NCBI RefSeq assembly: GCF_009914755.1
Contig: NC_060926.1
DNA: 64,000 bases
DNA from: the human T2T-CHM13v2.0 reference genome, Homo sapiens
Reading direction: 5' to 3' (one strand)
Shown: one piece after another, positions 41,875-56,487 of the stretch
How the letters are laid out: each line of letters opens with the position of its first letter
Numbering within the stretch: position 1 is the stretch's first letter
The notes under the pieces: generated by a model
Database searches by the model: none
The model's input: only the letters and a program-made list of their open reading frames with translations
What the model was told of the DNA's origin: nothing
Translations under genes and position numbers: made by a program

Positions 41875-43124
41875 CTGAGATAAAACCAAGACATCAACAT
41901 GTATCAACAAGTCAATATAATATAGATAGAAACAGTGATAGTGTCTTCATTCTGATTATGCTTTAAAGTGGTTTGTATATGGGTGAGGGAGTATTATCAG
42001 ATTTTTCTAGGATGCTTTTTCTAAATCCATGGGATATATATTTTGTTCAGATTTTGCTGCTAATATTGGTATGAAATATGGGTTTTGCAAGTAGTGGTGA
42101 TGAAGAGGCTAGGTCTGAGATGTTTGATAAAGCTCCCATTTTACTATGGTATTGTTTTACCCTCCCCTTGCTTCCCAGCACACACTAAGAACAATAATGG
42201 TAGGTGTTGAAGGGTTCTGGACCACAGTAATTTTCTATTACAGGCACAATTCCCCCAGCAGTGGTCTACGATAGGTCATGATGTGTTAGTAGGAAGATAA
42301 AAGGTGGGACATCTTATTGCATTAAACAAGTCTAGGAGATTTTAATATCTTGGGAAATATATTGAGAAACACGCACTCTCTTTTATATGGCAGGACTCTT
42401 AGCCAAGACTTTTAGCCTGAGATCTGTAGTGCCCAGTCCAATATTTTGTAAAAATTGAGAAATAAATTTTTTAACAAATTTGGTAACCTGAGTAGGATAT
42501 TTAAATATTTCTATCTATCTACTCTTCCAGCAATGTATTGCCCACTCCTTTACTGTTTTATGTTTCACCATTTTATTCTTCAAATATGATTTTGAGTTCT
42601 TTCAGGTAATTCTTGTGATTCTCCTGTTACCTTATTCATCACACATCTTTTAAGCAGCTACTTAGTGTTAACTTCCATAGTTAGTGGAGATAACAAAAAA
42701 TAAGAAACATTTAACGTCCCTAATTTTAGAAATCTGTAAAGATGATGGAAGGCAATGGTTCAGGGAATTAGGGTGTGTCATTGGATGCCCGGCACTATAT
42801 CATAATACAGTGTGAGCAATGCTAAAGGAAAAATATGAACAGAGTTTTGGGTTGTATGGAACCAAGAAAAGGCAGTAAATACATTTTAGATGAACTAATG
42901 ATAGATTTATAAATAATCTGGTCATGGCAATGCTTAGGGAGAAGGGTTTGCAATGTTCAGAAGACAGAAGCCCATTACAAAAGGAAATATGTAAGTTAAA
43001 ATTCAAATTTCTGGTACAGTGTAGCATATTTAGTAATCAGTGAAAACCCCTCACAGGTAAATCATTAGGTGCAAGTGTAGAAGTCCAACATATTTCAGTA
43101 ATGAGGAGTTCTTATGGAATGTTA

Positions 43125-43392
43125 GCTCTCTCTCTATCTCTATATATACATAGATATTTCATAGAGATAGATACAGATAGTTGCTCAATGTCTATCTATA
43201 TTATTATAGTATACAATAAATTCTATTCTATAAGAATAGATATATAGATATAGATATGTATGTATAATATATACATAATATATAGATATAGAATATATAA
43301 AATATATAGATCTTGATCTATATCTATAATTATATCTATATCTATATTTATAGATCAAGATCTATATATATGATATAAATAGATAGATACAT
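43125..43392. repeat. AT-rich (TA/TAGA) low-complexity region with internal palindromes
   Basis: Seen directly. Confidence 0.9.
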
Positions 43393-43843
43393 TTAAGCTG
43401 AGTCATTCTTTTTTTGAGAGGGGGATTAAAACTAAAAGATAGCTCTAAAATTGTTAAAGACAATTTAGACACACTGTGAAGAGAGAAGTACTATTGAAAT
43501 AAATGAATAACTACCCCAAGGGTTACTTTGCCGAAGGTGTCCATTAAGCATGGATATAGGCATGGTATTTTTAACTTTTGTAGTCATGTTACTGAAGCTG
43601 TCATCATACTAGATCTGAAGTATTTTATTTGTAGCTTTAATAAATATTAGTTAGAATTAACAAGCTGGGTTAATATATATTAATGTATCATTAGCAAAAT
43701 TTGCTAGAAATGGGGAAATCTGTTGTGAAATCAATGTTAAGTAATAACCAAGGTTATTATTTTGGTTAATAATGTTAAAAGTAGTACATAGACTCAATAA
43801 GGGAGAAACCATTGTAAGTCGGAGTAAGAAAAAAAAGCCATGA

Positions 43844-44168
<325 letters not shown>

Positions 44169-44219
44169 AGAAAAAGGTCATGATCTAATAAACCATAATG
44201 GATGATTCAGATTTGAATA

Positions 44220-45252
44220 CAGTCATGTACCATGTAAAGATAATGGTCTGCATAGACAGTGGTCCTATAAGACTATAACGGAGCTGAATAATTTCTATGA
44301 CCTAATGAAGTTGTAGCAATCATAAGGTCCTAGTACAACGCCTTATCCACATGTTTGTGGTGACTCTGGTATGAACTTACTCCTCAATAAAAGCCTCAGG
44401 CATTTTCTTCAGGAAATAACTCAGAAGAAGGCATTGTTATGGTAGCATGTGGTACCTCTTGCATATTGTTGGCCTTGAAGACCTTTCAGTGGGACAACAT
44501 GAGGAGGTGGAAGACAATGATATTAACATCATGAATCCACATAAGCCTGATCTACTGTGTATGTTTGTGTCTTAGTTTTCAGGAAAAAAGTTTAAAAAGT
44601 AAAAAATAACAGTAAATAAATTTAAAAATAGAAAAAATCTTCTAGCAAAAGGATATAAAGAAAGAAAATATTTTTGTATAGTTGTATGATATTTGTGTTT
44701 TAAGTGTTATGACAAAGAAGTAAAAAAGTTAAAAAAATAAAAAGTTCACAAAGTAAAATAGTTATAGTAAGCTAAGGATAATTTATTATTAAAGAAAGAA
44801 AAAAAGTCAATAAATGTAGTGTAGCCTAAGAGTAAAGTGTTTATAAAGCCCGTAGCAGTGTAGAGTAATGTCCTGGACCTTCACCACTTACTCACTGACT
44901 TGCCCAGAGCAACTTCCAGTCCTGCAGGCTCCATTCATGATAAGTGCCCTGTGCAGGTGTAGCATTTATTTAAATCTCATATTTTTACTCTGCTCTTCCT
45001 ATGTTTAGATATGCTTAGGTACACATATACTCACAAATGTGTTATAGTTGCTTATAGTATTCACTACAGCAACATGCTATACAGGCGTGTAGCCTGGGGG
45101 CAATAGTCTATACTACATGTACAGCCTAGGTGTGTCATAGGCTGTACCACCTAGGATTGTGTGAGCACACTCTATGATTTCCACACAACGACAAAATTGC
45201 CTAATGACACATTTCTCAGAATATATTCTCACCATTAAGCTACACATGACTG
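44220..45252 (+). mobile_element. Tigger3b-like Tc1/mariner non-autonomous element
   Basis: TA|cagtcatg...catgactg|TA inverted termini with TA TSD; internal Tigger3-like text. Confidence 0.9.
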
Positions 45253-45576
45253 TATTTATAAAGAAGCAGGAGGCATTTTAAGTAGGTGGAGTAGCACAGG
45301 GATAAACAAGAATAACAAGCACAGTGGACAGTGTGATACAGGAGATCTAATAACTAAATATTTTGAATTTCCTCTCTTCCTGTCTCCCTCCCTCCCTTTC
45401 TTTCTTCTTTCTTTCCTCCTTGTCTTCTACCCATCTTTTACCATACCTCATCCCCTCTCTCCCTCCCCCTTTTATTGACTCCTCTGATTTCTCATTTTCC
45501 TTCTCTTTATCTGCCCGCTCTCTCTCTGTCTCTAACACCCACTATCATCATTATCACCCCATCGTTATCAATTGGT

Positions 45577-45579
<3 letters not shown>

Positions 45580-45619
<40 letters not shown>
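45580..45619. repeat. (AT)20 microsatellite
   Basis: Seen directly. Confidence 0.97.
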
Positions 45620-45622
<3 letters not shown>

Positions 45623-46099
45623 CTTCTCCATGTATGTATGCATGTATGTAGGTCATCCAGGTGTACAGAGATGATTAATAATATCAATTTCCAACTCCAA
45701 GTTTTTTCCACCAGACCCACCTTATCAATGTCACCAGTTCTGAATACCTGCTCCATGGCCAGCACCTTCTTTAATTACAATACCCTTCCCATTTGACCCC
45801 ATCAGCCTCTCTCTCATGTTGATTTGTTTCTGCTCCGATTTCAAGAGTCCTAGGAAAAGGCCACCCCTGGACACCACAAATGGCATAAACTACCACACTC
45901 CCTTCACTTGAAGACACAATAAATACTTACCAAACATCTTTCACGTGTGTCTCCACATGGCTGTGTGGCAAGTGCTGTAGTATGAAGAATTGCGTGTCTT
46001 GGTTTTTTCATTAGCAAGCTTGAGGTCCCACTCGTGAGACTAGGATGTGCATGTTTATACACATAAATGTGTATGTAATTAATAGTAAGCAAAATTATA

Positions 46100-46730
46100 A
46101 GAAGAAACAAGATTTAGTGAGCACTTACGTTGTATCAGCCACTGTTGTAAAAACAAGTATATTAACTTGTATAATTCTTACAAAACCTTTTAAGGCAAAG
46201 ACTATCATTTTTACCATTTGACAGAGAAGAAAGTTTAAATGACACCTGACAGGACTAATGATGTCATATGGGGGCTTGAGTTCTGTTGCTGCCTGCACAT
46301 CACCAATCTTGATATTTTTCAAGCAGCAGAGAGGAGTAATAGAAAGACTCTGAGTGCAGTAGTTGGATAGCTTTGGTGTGAATTTTGCCTCTTTCATGAA
46401 TGATCTGTAGGACTTGGACATGTTATTTGATTGTTTCAATCTAGTTTCCTTATTTGCCAAAGGGGAACAACAATACTCATGTTGTAGTCATTTTCCAATG
46501 ATCAAATGATACAACAATAATAATCATAGTGGCTACTTATAAGTGTATAGTAGCCACAAGGTCCTGAAAATTTAGCATGCATTATATACACACATATAGG
46601 TATTACTACTCTCCTTTAATACATGTGCAAATTTATATTTAAAAAGAGGTCTTCCTCAATGTCACCAGACCAACAAACAACAGAGCAAAGACTCAGATTA
46701 AGGCCTGCGTACCCTTAAACTTGATGCTTT
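46100..46730. mobile_element. Cluster of MIR fragments
   Basis: ccatttgacagagaagaaa, ttggacatgttattt...agtttccttatttg motifs. Confidence 0.55.
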
Positions 46731-47227
46731 TTCTTATATCATATATGGTACTGTACACACAGTACAATTTCTCTCTCATCAGTGAGGCCTGCTCCTGAAG
46801 GTGTTAATTCTCCAGCACTTTTGTTCTTTACTGTCAATAAACTCAGGATCCTTTTGCATCTGAAGAAAACTCTCAAGCAGAGCAGGGCATCATGCATAGG
46901 AATAGGAACTGTCCAGCTAGGCAACAGGGGACATTAGGAGCAGGGTGAGGGCATGTGGACAGGATACCACCATCCTCTGTTTTAACCCCTTATCTTACAA
47001 TTTGCACATAAACAAACAGGGCCATTGAACTATGGGGTGTGAGCAGTGCACTTCAAATGCTTTCTGCTTGTGCATGTTTTTTGAGTTCCTTGCAACATAT
47101 CAACTCACAACTATTTGAGGGCACCTGGTGTAATGCACAGGTGTGTCATTCCAGGTGGGCCACACTGTAGGCTTCTTGCCAGTGCTTTGAGTGAGAAGTA
47201 AAGTCCCATGTCTTTTACTCCTTTCAG

Positions 47228-47299
47228 ATCCTTTTGGGAAGACAGATGAGCGGGAACCACTCACAAATGCTGTTCGAAGTGATTCGGCAGTCATCGGAG
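47228..47299 (+). CDS. CNTNAP5: CNTNAP5 coding exon (probably exon 23), juxtamembrane
   Basis: ttttactcctttcag| acceptor, GAG|gtaaac donor. 72 nt, (D)[23 protein letters not shown](G). SDSAVIGG is typical of Caspr proteins just before the TM helix. Confidence 0.95.
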
Positions 47300-49852
47300 G
47301 TAAACAATTCATTGTTGTTGAATGCAAAAAGACATAAACGATCCTGTATTCTGGAGAAAGTTATCTGAAGCTTTCCTTAATTATGGCCATCCAGCACTCA
47401 GAGCCCCCTACATTACCTGCAAGACTGTGGGCTTTTCATGAGTGGTCCTGTGTGCTGAATGATCAAAAGCACCCTCTGCCGACACCAGCAGCTCTGCGGA
47501 TTCATCTTGCCTCTGATTCATGAGGCAGCTGAGCACTGAGTCAACAGCTGGAGCATTTACTTACAGACAGCAGCTCACATTCTGCTCATTTCATACAGTT
47601 TTCACTGTTTCTAAAATGCAAACAAAGCAAACCAATAAAACTAAATTCGGGGAAGAAGCCATGTTGGGGCAGACAATGGGTGAAGCCGCAGTCCTGTGGA
47701 GTATTCCCCACCAAGTGATTTGGGTTAGGTCTAATGAGCAGGGTGAAGACCACAGAACTGTAGTTGCAAATCTCACTGCACATATGGTTACAGATGCAGA
47801 CCTTGTCTGCTCTGCTGTGAGCTCAGCTCTCCTGCTTTTCCATTTTCTCATTGCCTGTTGGCCTCCCCACTTTTTTATTCTGCTTCAGCTTGGCTTCCTC
47901 CTGCTGTGGCTTGATTTTTCCATCTGGGTCTACCAACACAGAATGATTCCCAAGCTTTGCTTCATGTAAGATGCCTGTGAAAGACCAAACTCATTTCTAT
48001 CTGAGAAACATAACCTTAGCAGGTGCCGCCATCCCTGCCTTCTGGAAGCCTAGATGAACTGATCCTTGGCAGATGGCGTTTTCCTTTTAAAAACCTGCAG
48101 TACCTCTCCATTTAGCTTATATTTAATGAGCCTTGCTATGGGTCAGGCTCTGTGCTAAGTAGAGGAATATGGGGATGAATGAGCCAGCGAGGAGATGGGT
48201 AAACAGACAACAAGACAACCAGTGAAGTCTGTTCTGAGGGAGGAGGTACAAATGGCTATGGGAGCACAGAGGTGCACTCCTGAGAACATGAAGAAAGGAA
48301 AACCACGCCTTTCCTTAAGGAAGTTCCTAAAACTTCTGACCTGAATTTTTGCTCCAGAGAAGCTGGACCACCTTAATTTTTGTTTGGCATAGAGAAATGT
48401 GGGAAAGAATTTTGTGCCTATTTCTCTTTCAATAATTTCCCATTTGACAAGTGGAAAAAGAAAGACTTTTGTGACTGCTGACTCCTCTCCAGCTATTTAC
48501 GTGCTCTATGAGTCTCTTTAAGGACAGGGAAGTCATCTGACCCCCTAGGAAAATTCCTGGAGGCTTGCACAGCTGCTGACTCTGACTATCCCATGCATTG
48601 AAGGAGTAGGAACCAGTTTCCTATTTCATCTCTTAATGCAGCATCCCACTCATGGGAATCACTCACTACCACCCAGTTTATTCATAGACTTGCTAACTTA
48701 GATGATTTTACTCTTACTTGTTCTAACATAGTTGTAGAAAATGCCACAAAATGATTTAGGAACATATATTTATAAAAATAAATCTTAATCATGGCCTCAG
48801 TTCTAAAAAAAATTGGTGGAAGACATGCAATCCATTTATGAAACTTACAAATGTCCATGCTTCTGTAAATCATAATTCATTATGCCCAAAAATAGCTTTC
48901 TGAAATAGACACTTTTCCTCAATATCTCCTCTCCTTAGAAAAATGAAACAGCAAAATATAGAACTTATTACAAGTAAATTCTTTGCTTATCATACATATT
49001 TTTAAATATTTTCATGCTGAAATACTACATTCATGCAGAGACACATCTGCCGCTTCCATGTTTTCACTATTCCTTTATTGATATTGCCTTTCATGTTCCA
49101 AGAGCCTTCCTGGCAAAGGTAGGGGTGAGACCCTAGGGTAAGCAAGAATAGCTTGCAACATAATCCAGTTAAATCACACACAGTCAGAATAAAGGGGAAT
49201 CTGATGGGTCTGGACAGAGGTTTGCCATCTCAGTTGACTTTGAGTTTCTCAAGAACAGAGGCATCTTGTCACTGAATGAGCCTTAGTTTAACAGAGTTCA
49301 GAGCAGTGTAAAAATGTTCTAAATTTATAGCGATCATTTCATTATTAATGAAAATGTTTTAGCAAAACAAACGTAACATAAAACAAATTTACATCAGGAG
49401 AGCATGTGTTAAGATGTGAGATATTTAAGTACCATTTTCTAAGATGCTAAAGTAACTCTGAAATACTTAGTTGTGAGGTGACAAAAAAATGGGCTAATTA
49501 CAAATGATTCTGACACATTATTTATAGCAGACTTGAAAAATTTACAAAGAAACCCCTTGCTAGTCCAATTCCATATGTATAAGATGGTATTCTCAGTTCT
49601 TTAAACAAAACCTTCTATGGTTGAAAGTGTCTCTCGCCCCCAGTTAGTCTGAAAGAAGGAGGTTTTATAGTAATTGAAGACAGGGCCTTTCAGCAGGTCT
49701 TTATTTCTGGGCAGGTGGCAGAGTTGCATTTGTGTGATTTGTTTTGTTTTGCTTTCTCTCCTACGCATTCCCCTCATCTGGAGGGAATCCACTCTCCTGA
49801 GCAGATGACTCATGACGATTTCCTTCTCTCTTTCCTTCCCCTTTCTCTCCAG

Positions 49853-50049
49853 GGGTGATAGCAGTGGTGATATTCATCATCTTCTGTATCATCGGCATCA
49901 TGACCCGGTTCCTCTACCAGCACAAGCAGTCACATCGTACGAGCCAGATGAAGGAGAAGGAATATCCAGAAAATTTGGACAGTTCCTTCAGAAATGAAAT
50001 TGACTTGCAAAACACAGTGAGCGAGTGTAAACGGGAATATTTCATCTGA
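49853..50049 (+). CDS. CNTNAP5: CNTNAP5 last coding exon: TM helix, 4.1-binding-like juxtamembrane segment, class II PDZ ligand
   Basis: Long pyrimidine tract then ccag|. (G)[64 protein letters not shown], recognised as the Caspr5 C-terminus. TGA at 50047-50049. Confidence 0.96.
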
Positions 50050-50892
50050 GAAACTGCAGGGTTCCTACTACTCTTTTTTCTTGTTGTTCAATTATCTCCT
50101 CCCCCTCTTCTCTCCTGTCTTTTGATTTGGTCATTCTCTTTATTTTCTGCTTGCCATGTCTTTTCTGGAACATACTTGCATCCACCACAGCATCAATTCC
50201 CTTGATCCAGCCCAAGAGACCAGGCAGCCATGGCCACTGCCTTCCTCTCTGATGAACCTATCGGGTGAAAACGACCACTCAAGAGACTGACTTCGCCATT
50301 CAAGACAAGGAAGAGACACATGTGTGCACTCCTGCATGTTCAGTTCTGTACTTCCAGTTTCTAAAATGCACTGTTCAGTTTTCCAACCACTTGGTGGTTC
50401 AGGCTTGCTTTGAACCTGAGCTCTTAGGCACATGACGGTCATTCCTGACATCCTCCCCAGCTCAAGTCTATTCTTACCATAGAACCCAGGGCAGGGAGAG
50501 AAGAACCTAGAGGCCTGGTTTGCTTTGGTGGCATTGTAAAAAGAGTAAGAGAGGTTTGGTTTGTGGTGGTTTGCTTTCTTTACCATAAGCAATCCCTTGC
50601 CTTAACTCATCACCCTTTTTCACTATGACCCTTAGACCCTGAGTATTTTCAAATATATGATTGCTGATAGTAGTGACCAAAACTACTTTGTTCCTTTCTT
50701 ACCACTCTCTCCTGGGGCCGACACGTTGGGACAGCACACCATAGCATAAAGCTAGGGGATGCATGGAAATAGCAGCTTGAAACTAGGAGGTAACAAGAAA
50801 GCTTCTAGGAAGTAGATGTTCCATATCTTCAAAATGCCTCCTCCAATTTTGTAAGAATGCTAGCTAGGTATTCCTGGGATTATTATACTGAG

Positions 50893-50956
50893 ATATATAT
50901 ATATACACACACACACACATATGTGTATATATGTATATATATATGTGAGTATATAT

Positions 50957-50991
<35 letters not shown>

Positions 50992-51010
50992 CACACACGC
51001 ACACATATAT
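50893..51010. repeat. (TA)n/(CA)n compound repeat in the 3'UTR
   Basis: Seen directly. Confidence 0.95.
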
Positions 51011-51034
51011 GTTGCTGCAGCATAAAGAAATTGA

Positions 51035-51040
51035 AATAAA
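51035..51040 (+). terminator. Proximal poly(A) signal AATAAA
   Basis: First AATAAA after the stop codon, ~1 kb downstream. Confidence 0.55.
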
Positions 51041-54000
51041 AGTTTAAAATAGTACCCGGTTCAATGAAAGAGCCTAAACCATCTTAACTCAGCTTTAAAA
51101 CAAAAATTAAATCAGGAAAAAATGAAAAAAAAACTGCATGAAAGAAGAAAAATACCAAACAGAATTCTTCCCTTCCATTCACTCACTAAAGACCTGGTGA
51201 AGATAGTTAATTCAAATTTGCAAGTTTCACATTTTTTAACATCAAGCTATTCTCCAAGAAGTTTAGGATGCATTAACATAAGTGAAATGGTCACCTCTAG
51301 CTAACTAGCATTGCTTGATTTCAGAGGAGCCCTTAGGTTCTGTAGCATACCACATTTTCAAATCTGCTATACCCTATATACATAAAGACCCTTCCAAACA
51401 TCTTTTTATAGGCTTAAACTCCCAAAAGAGGTGGTGACAAATTTCAGGGTCTTTGTCCCTTTTGGTAACAAAGCATTGAAAACAGTCATTCCTTCAAGAA
51501 GGCACCTTGAGCTCATCCATGGGGTGGCGGTAAAGATCTTAATGATTTTTCTGTGGCAATATGCATCATTCTTTGTCCTGGGCCATCTTGGAGAAAAAGG
51601 TAAGGAGAAGACAATGTAAATGCTCCAAGATAGTGGAAATGCTCATGTAATGATTCTTAGGTGTGGAAAATACTTGCTGATTCTCTTTATGAGGCAGATT
51701 CAATTTAGAAAACAATGACCACAGCTCTATTTGCCATCCTTGACAGTTAGCAGACATTCCAACTTGTGCTTAGGGTACACTGTCTCTCGCCTCTCACAAT
51801 GAGGAACTTAGTTGCTTCATTCCATTTCAAACACAGCTTTTCTTTCAGTTTCAGAGCTTATGAGTTAAGGATTTAGTTTGCAATCATATTTCTCTATTTT
51901 AAGATGTTGTTTCAAATGCATATTCTCTCCTCGAAATTTTCTGTGGATTTGAGCTCAATCGCTTTATCATCTACATGATATCTTTTGGCTAGTACATTTA
52001 TTTTAAAGTGATTTTAACCATGATATCATTTCTCTCCTTTTAGTTTTAATAAGATGAATGATTCTTTAGTAAGATGAAGGATCTTTAAACACTGTTTTCC
52101 CCTGCCCTTTCCTCCCTTTCTTCAATTTTCATTTTTGAATTTTCTATTTCCATAAAAAGGCTATATAAATCAGCCTTTTGCTTGGCTATATATTCCTTTG
52201 TCCCCTGAAATAAAAGTCACCATGAAGTGTAGTAGGTTTAGCCTGAAGCAGCTCCAATAATGAAATAGAAAGGCAAAGGAAGGTATGAGTAATAAAGCTG
52301 GAACTCTTCATTATTCAATCTTTGAGCAGTGAGGACTATGTTTTGCTGACATAGTGCTAATAGAAGAAATGGAGACTAGCAAAGGCTAACTCAGAGTATT
52401 TGATTTTCTCATCTAAGTATATATGCTTGTAGATTGTCCTGTAGGATGAAGAATCTGTGAAGCTCTATCCTGACCACAATGGCACTACAAAATCAACTGG
52501 CATCTTCCTCACGTGTGTAGACTCCATGCACACTACATACCACAGACCTAAATGTAGATGCCAGGACAGTGCCGTCTACACGTCACTCCTATAAGTAGTC
52601 TCAGGGCTAAAGCAGAATTATTTTTACAGGGTTGAATTATTTCATAACCCCAGAGAACACTAACTTTCACTAGATATATATGAAATGCAAGTGATCCGTA
52701 CCCTCCAAAGTAGAATGTAATTTACAATTAGAAATCATGCTAACTCTGACTGTCTTTCCTCAGTGGTACCAAGATCTATGTAGTTTTATGTAATTGTTCA
52801 ATTGTGTGAGTGTTTTAATCCTTCTGCAATTATCATCTCGAAGGAGACTTTGAAAGCATCTTAATCTCTCTTTAACCATTTTTTTTTTCTTTTTCCTACC
52901 ACATTCAGGTTTCCCAACTACATGCTCTGGCCAACTGGGCCACCATGATCTCTTCCACTTAAATCCTCAGCCTTCAATAACTGCTGTTTACAAAAAGATC
53001 TTATGGAATATGGATCACTTTACAGTAAAGCCAAAAGTACTTGTGAAATTTCACATTTTAATGGAGCTGTTTCATTGATATTTTTTTCCACCAAACAAAT
53101 CTATTTATGTAAGCAACAGTATATTTGCTTACTCTAAAATATATTTATCCTACTGCATCATTTATTGCATATATAGCCTCAATTGCCATCTTTATGAAAA
53201 TTTGTCTGGAGAAATAGACATTTGTCATTTCTATAGACATATTTTTATGACTAACTTTGCCTCTTCTATTTACCCTCTGCTGTATGCAGAAGATTTTAAG
53301 GATCCTAGCGGTGATGTTTTAAAACAACTTTTTTCCTCTCCTTAGTAATAACAGAGATGGTATTAACTTGACTTCTACCTTTTGTCAGACTCATCTCCAC
53401 CAACGGGTAGCAAGAGCAGGATAGAACAAAATAAAGAGATTGTTTTTCTTTTTTCATTCATGAAGTATTTATGGAATGCCAATGAGTGCCGGGCTAGGCA
53501 TTGGGTGAACATATATAAATTACACCTTGTTTTTGCCCTTGGGGAGCTCAAAGTCTAGCTGGCAAGGCATGTATTGTTGCAACAGGGCCACACATAAAGT
53601 GTCCTAGAATGCAGCACAAGGTCCCGCACAATTATTTTTGTGAAGCATCTGCCAGACTGAAAGAAATGTAAATTTCTGGGAAATATCTGTTATTTTTTAA
53701 ATTACTGCTTCCACCTTCTGTAAGCTGTTTTGTTTCTCCTCCTCAAAGTAGATATCTATCAATGCATATAGATTTCTGTAGAAAGGGGTGGATTGACTTT
53801 TAGGAACAGTAAGAATAGATGGTCTCTGTCTCTGCCATACATTTGAGGAGGCTGAATTCTCTACATTCTTGTTTCGGGTCAGGTTGGGGGATTCCAAAAG
53901 TCTTGCCTCCCATGAGTTGGACCTAAGAGTGTCCACTTTGGCCCCTCTCCTTCCCTTTTCTCAGTTCTTCCACAGCCATGTGTTTATGACCTATTGCATG

Positions 54001-56427
54001 CCGTTGTTCTTCCAGATGTTCCTGAAGGTGGTTTGGTTGTCATCCAGCTCTTCCTAAAACCCTCCTTAGTCCTGATGAGCCATTTTGACTCTACATAACA
54101 TTTCTGAACCTAACTGAAGTCTACCCTTCCATCAGTAATTGACTAAAAAAATGTTGTCCATTTATGTGAGGTCTCACCTCTGAGCCTGAGTGAGTGTTTC
54201 CTGTCTTGAAGGTCATACTTGCTCCCTCTCTGCAGGAAGTTAATTCAGTTAGAAGAGTTGCACTGGGAGGGTGCAAGCACAGCCAACTTATCCAGTCCAA
54301 GATATCCAGGGAGATGAGGATGAGACCTGTTGAATTTTTTCTTAGGAAAGGAAAGGTCTTGACAGACTGTTCACCAACTGCCCTAGCTTCCTTTAAGCTT
54401 CCCCATAGCTACCATCCATCAAAACCTCATTGCAGCTGTAGCCTACCAAAAGGCCTTTGGGATACCTGTATGGTTCTGCCAGTCATTCTTCCTTAACGAA
54501 AAGGCTTGGACATACTTAGTCCTCAATTATCCTACAGGTCATGTATCGACTAAATAAATAAACTGACTTCATTGTTTCTGAAGATGGCAAAGGCGATTAA
54601 TGGAAGAAGATGCAGACAAACTCAAAACTTTCAGAAGTCTAGGAGGATAACTGAGTGCTATTTTCTGTCTCATGCAGTTTGAACATGTTTTCTTTAAAAT
54701 ACACATAATGTAATTGAATTATTTCTATATACTGTTCTTGAGTCTTTCTTGACCTCTTCTTTTATCCCCTCTTTCATAGTCTTGTTTGTGGAACCATCTA
54801 CTCTGCAGATTTTTATTGTCTCTAATTATCAGCTCTGCCTTCACAAATTCCAAATTTGAACCACCTAAAGGGGAAAAAATGCAACACACACACGCACGCT
54901 CACATGCACACTTTGTACAAATAGGGCTGTTATTCAACTTTTCTCTTGAACATTCTACATACATATCTGTTTGGTAGGGAGAGAAGCATTCCTCTTTTAT
55001 GTTGACAATTATTTGAATCCTTCATATAAGGTTTTAATAATTAACCGGTTTGCTATTTTTCAGTGATTATTTTATCTTATTTTGCACTAAGGTACTCTGA
55101 GGAAGAACAGAAAAGCACATTTTCTAGTGAAATATTGTACTTTGTAAGCTAGATGTCTGTCTTATGTAATGTTTATAGTCTACAAAATGGCTGAGCAGAC
55201 ATGAACAAAGGTTAATGCAAAAGTTGGTTTTGGTTTCAACCACACCTGCTGCGAACTTGACGAGGAGGAAGAGGGGCCAGTGGCAGTAATTGGTGGCCAT
55301 CTGAGGTGAGGAAGGAAATTGCTTCCACCATGAATCAGTGGTGGCAGCCTTTCCACTTTCATGGCTCCTCACTCAGGAGTCTCTTTAGTGCATTTGGATC
55401 ATTGTCTTACTCATTAGGGAAAGAGGCAATATCATGGGCTTTGCATGAATAATTCTTTACTCACATTTGCATGATTTTTTTTACCTTCCAACACTTCTTC
55501 AGTCACATTCTTTTTTTTCAATTTTTAAATTTTTTTTCAGGATTTTCTCAGAGTGCTTTAGAACTATTATTATAATTATCTAACCTGCCCAGGTTAAGCA
55601 CCCAGATGCAACTTTCAGGAAATGAAACTGTCAGAAAACTGCCCTAGGTCTATTATCAATCAGAGCCCCTGTGAGTGGAAGTCCTCAGATTCTGGAATCC
55701 ATCCAGTGTCTTTCTTTTCCTTCCATTCATCCTGACATGAATAAGCATAACATAACTGTAAGAAGGAGTGTAGTGTCCCAGCCCTGACAACGAGTACCGC
55801 CAGGGACCTACCATCTAACACCATCTGGGAACACTATTTTTTCTCAGTCCTTCCAGTTGACACAAGGAAACCCTTTATAAAATAGGACAAAATTAGGAGA
55901 TTAGTCCCAAGCCAAGACCAAAGGTGAAGATAATTGTGTTAGTGATTAACGCCTGGTCTTATTTTAACGAGTGTCATAGTCTTACATGCTTCAGATGCCA
56001 GAAATATCTTCAGAGAACGTGAACAAAGTGCTGGATATGAAACAGGAATAATGCATTCCTCTACGGACTCTTTGAAAGGCTTTCTCTTTCAAGAAACCTT
56101 GAAGGGAAAATATTAACGGGCATCAGCCTGGGCATACTTTCCCATCAGAGTCAGCCTCTATCACAAACATTTTACATGAAATATTCACCTAGTCTATTCT
56201 CTTTGAAAGGTAGTATCAACCTGTGTAACCTTGTCCTGCCTTAAATACTGTTGCAAAAAATACCAAACTTTGCTTAAAGCAGCATAGTTACATTGAGAAA
56301 GAGACTGCCTTTAGTGAGGACAAAGACCAAGAATTTTCTCTTTCTGAATCTGGCAGTTGACAGGCCTCCTGATATCCTGTGTTGCCTTGGACTAACATTT
56401 TCCTTAGTCACTAGCCTAGGGCAGAAA

Positions 56428-56487
56428 GGCAGCCATGTATAAATGAATACCCATGGCCATGTTCCAATATAACTTTATTTACAAAAT
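56428..56487. mobile_element. MER58A-like fragment
   Basis: gcagccat...taaatgaat...tggccatgttccaatataactttatttacaaaa. Confidence 0.55.

Noticed and set aside
45315-45335. RE1/NRSE-like sequence aagcacagtggacagtg
   Set aside because: Several mismatches to the REST consensus in the left half and 3' end; expected by chance in 64 kb.
47520-47969. 149-aa ORF with a hydrophobic C-terminal segment in the intron before the TM exon (alternative TM exon?)
   Set aside because: No recognisable homology, and I could not establish a convincing in-frame acceptor linking it to the preceding exon. The hydrophobicity reflects T/C-rich DNA.
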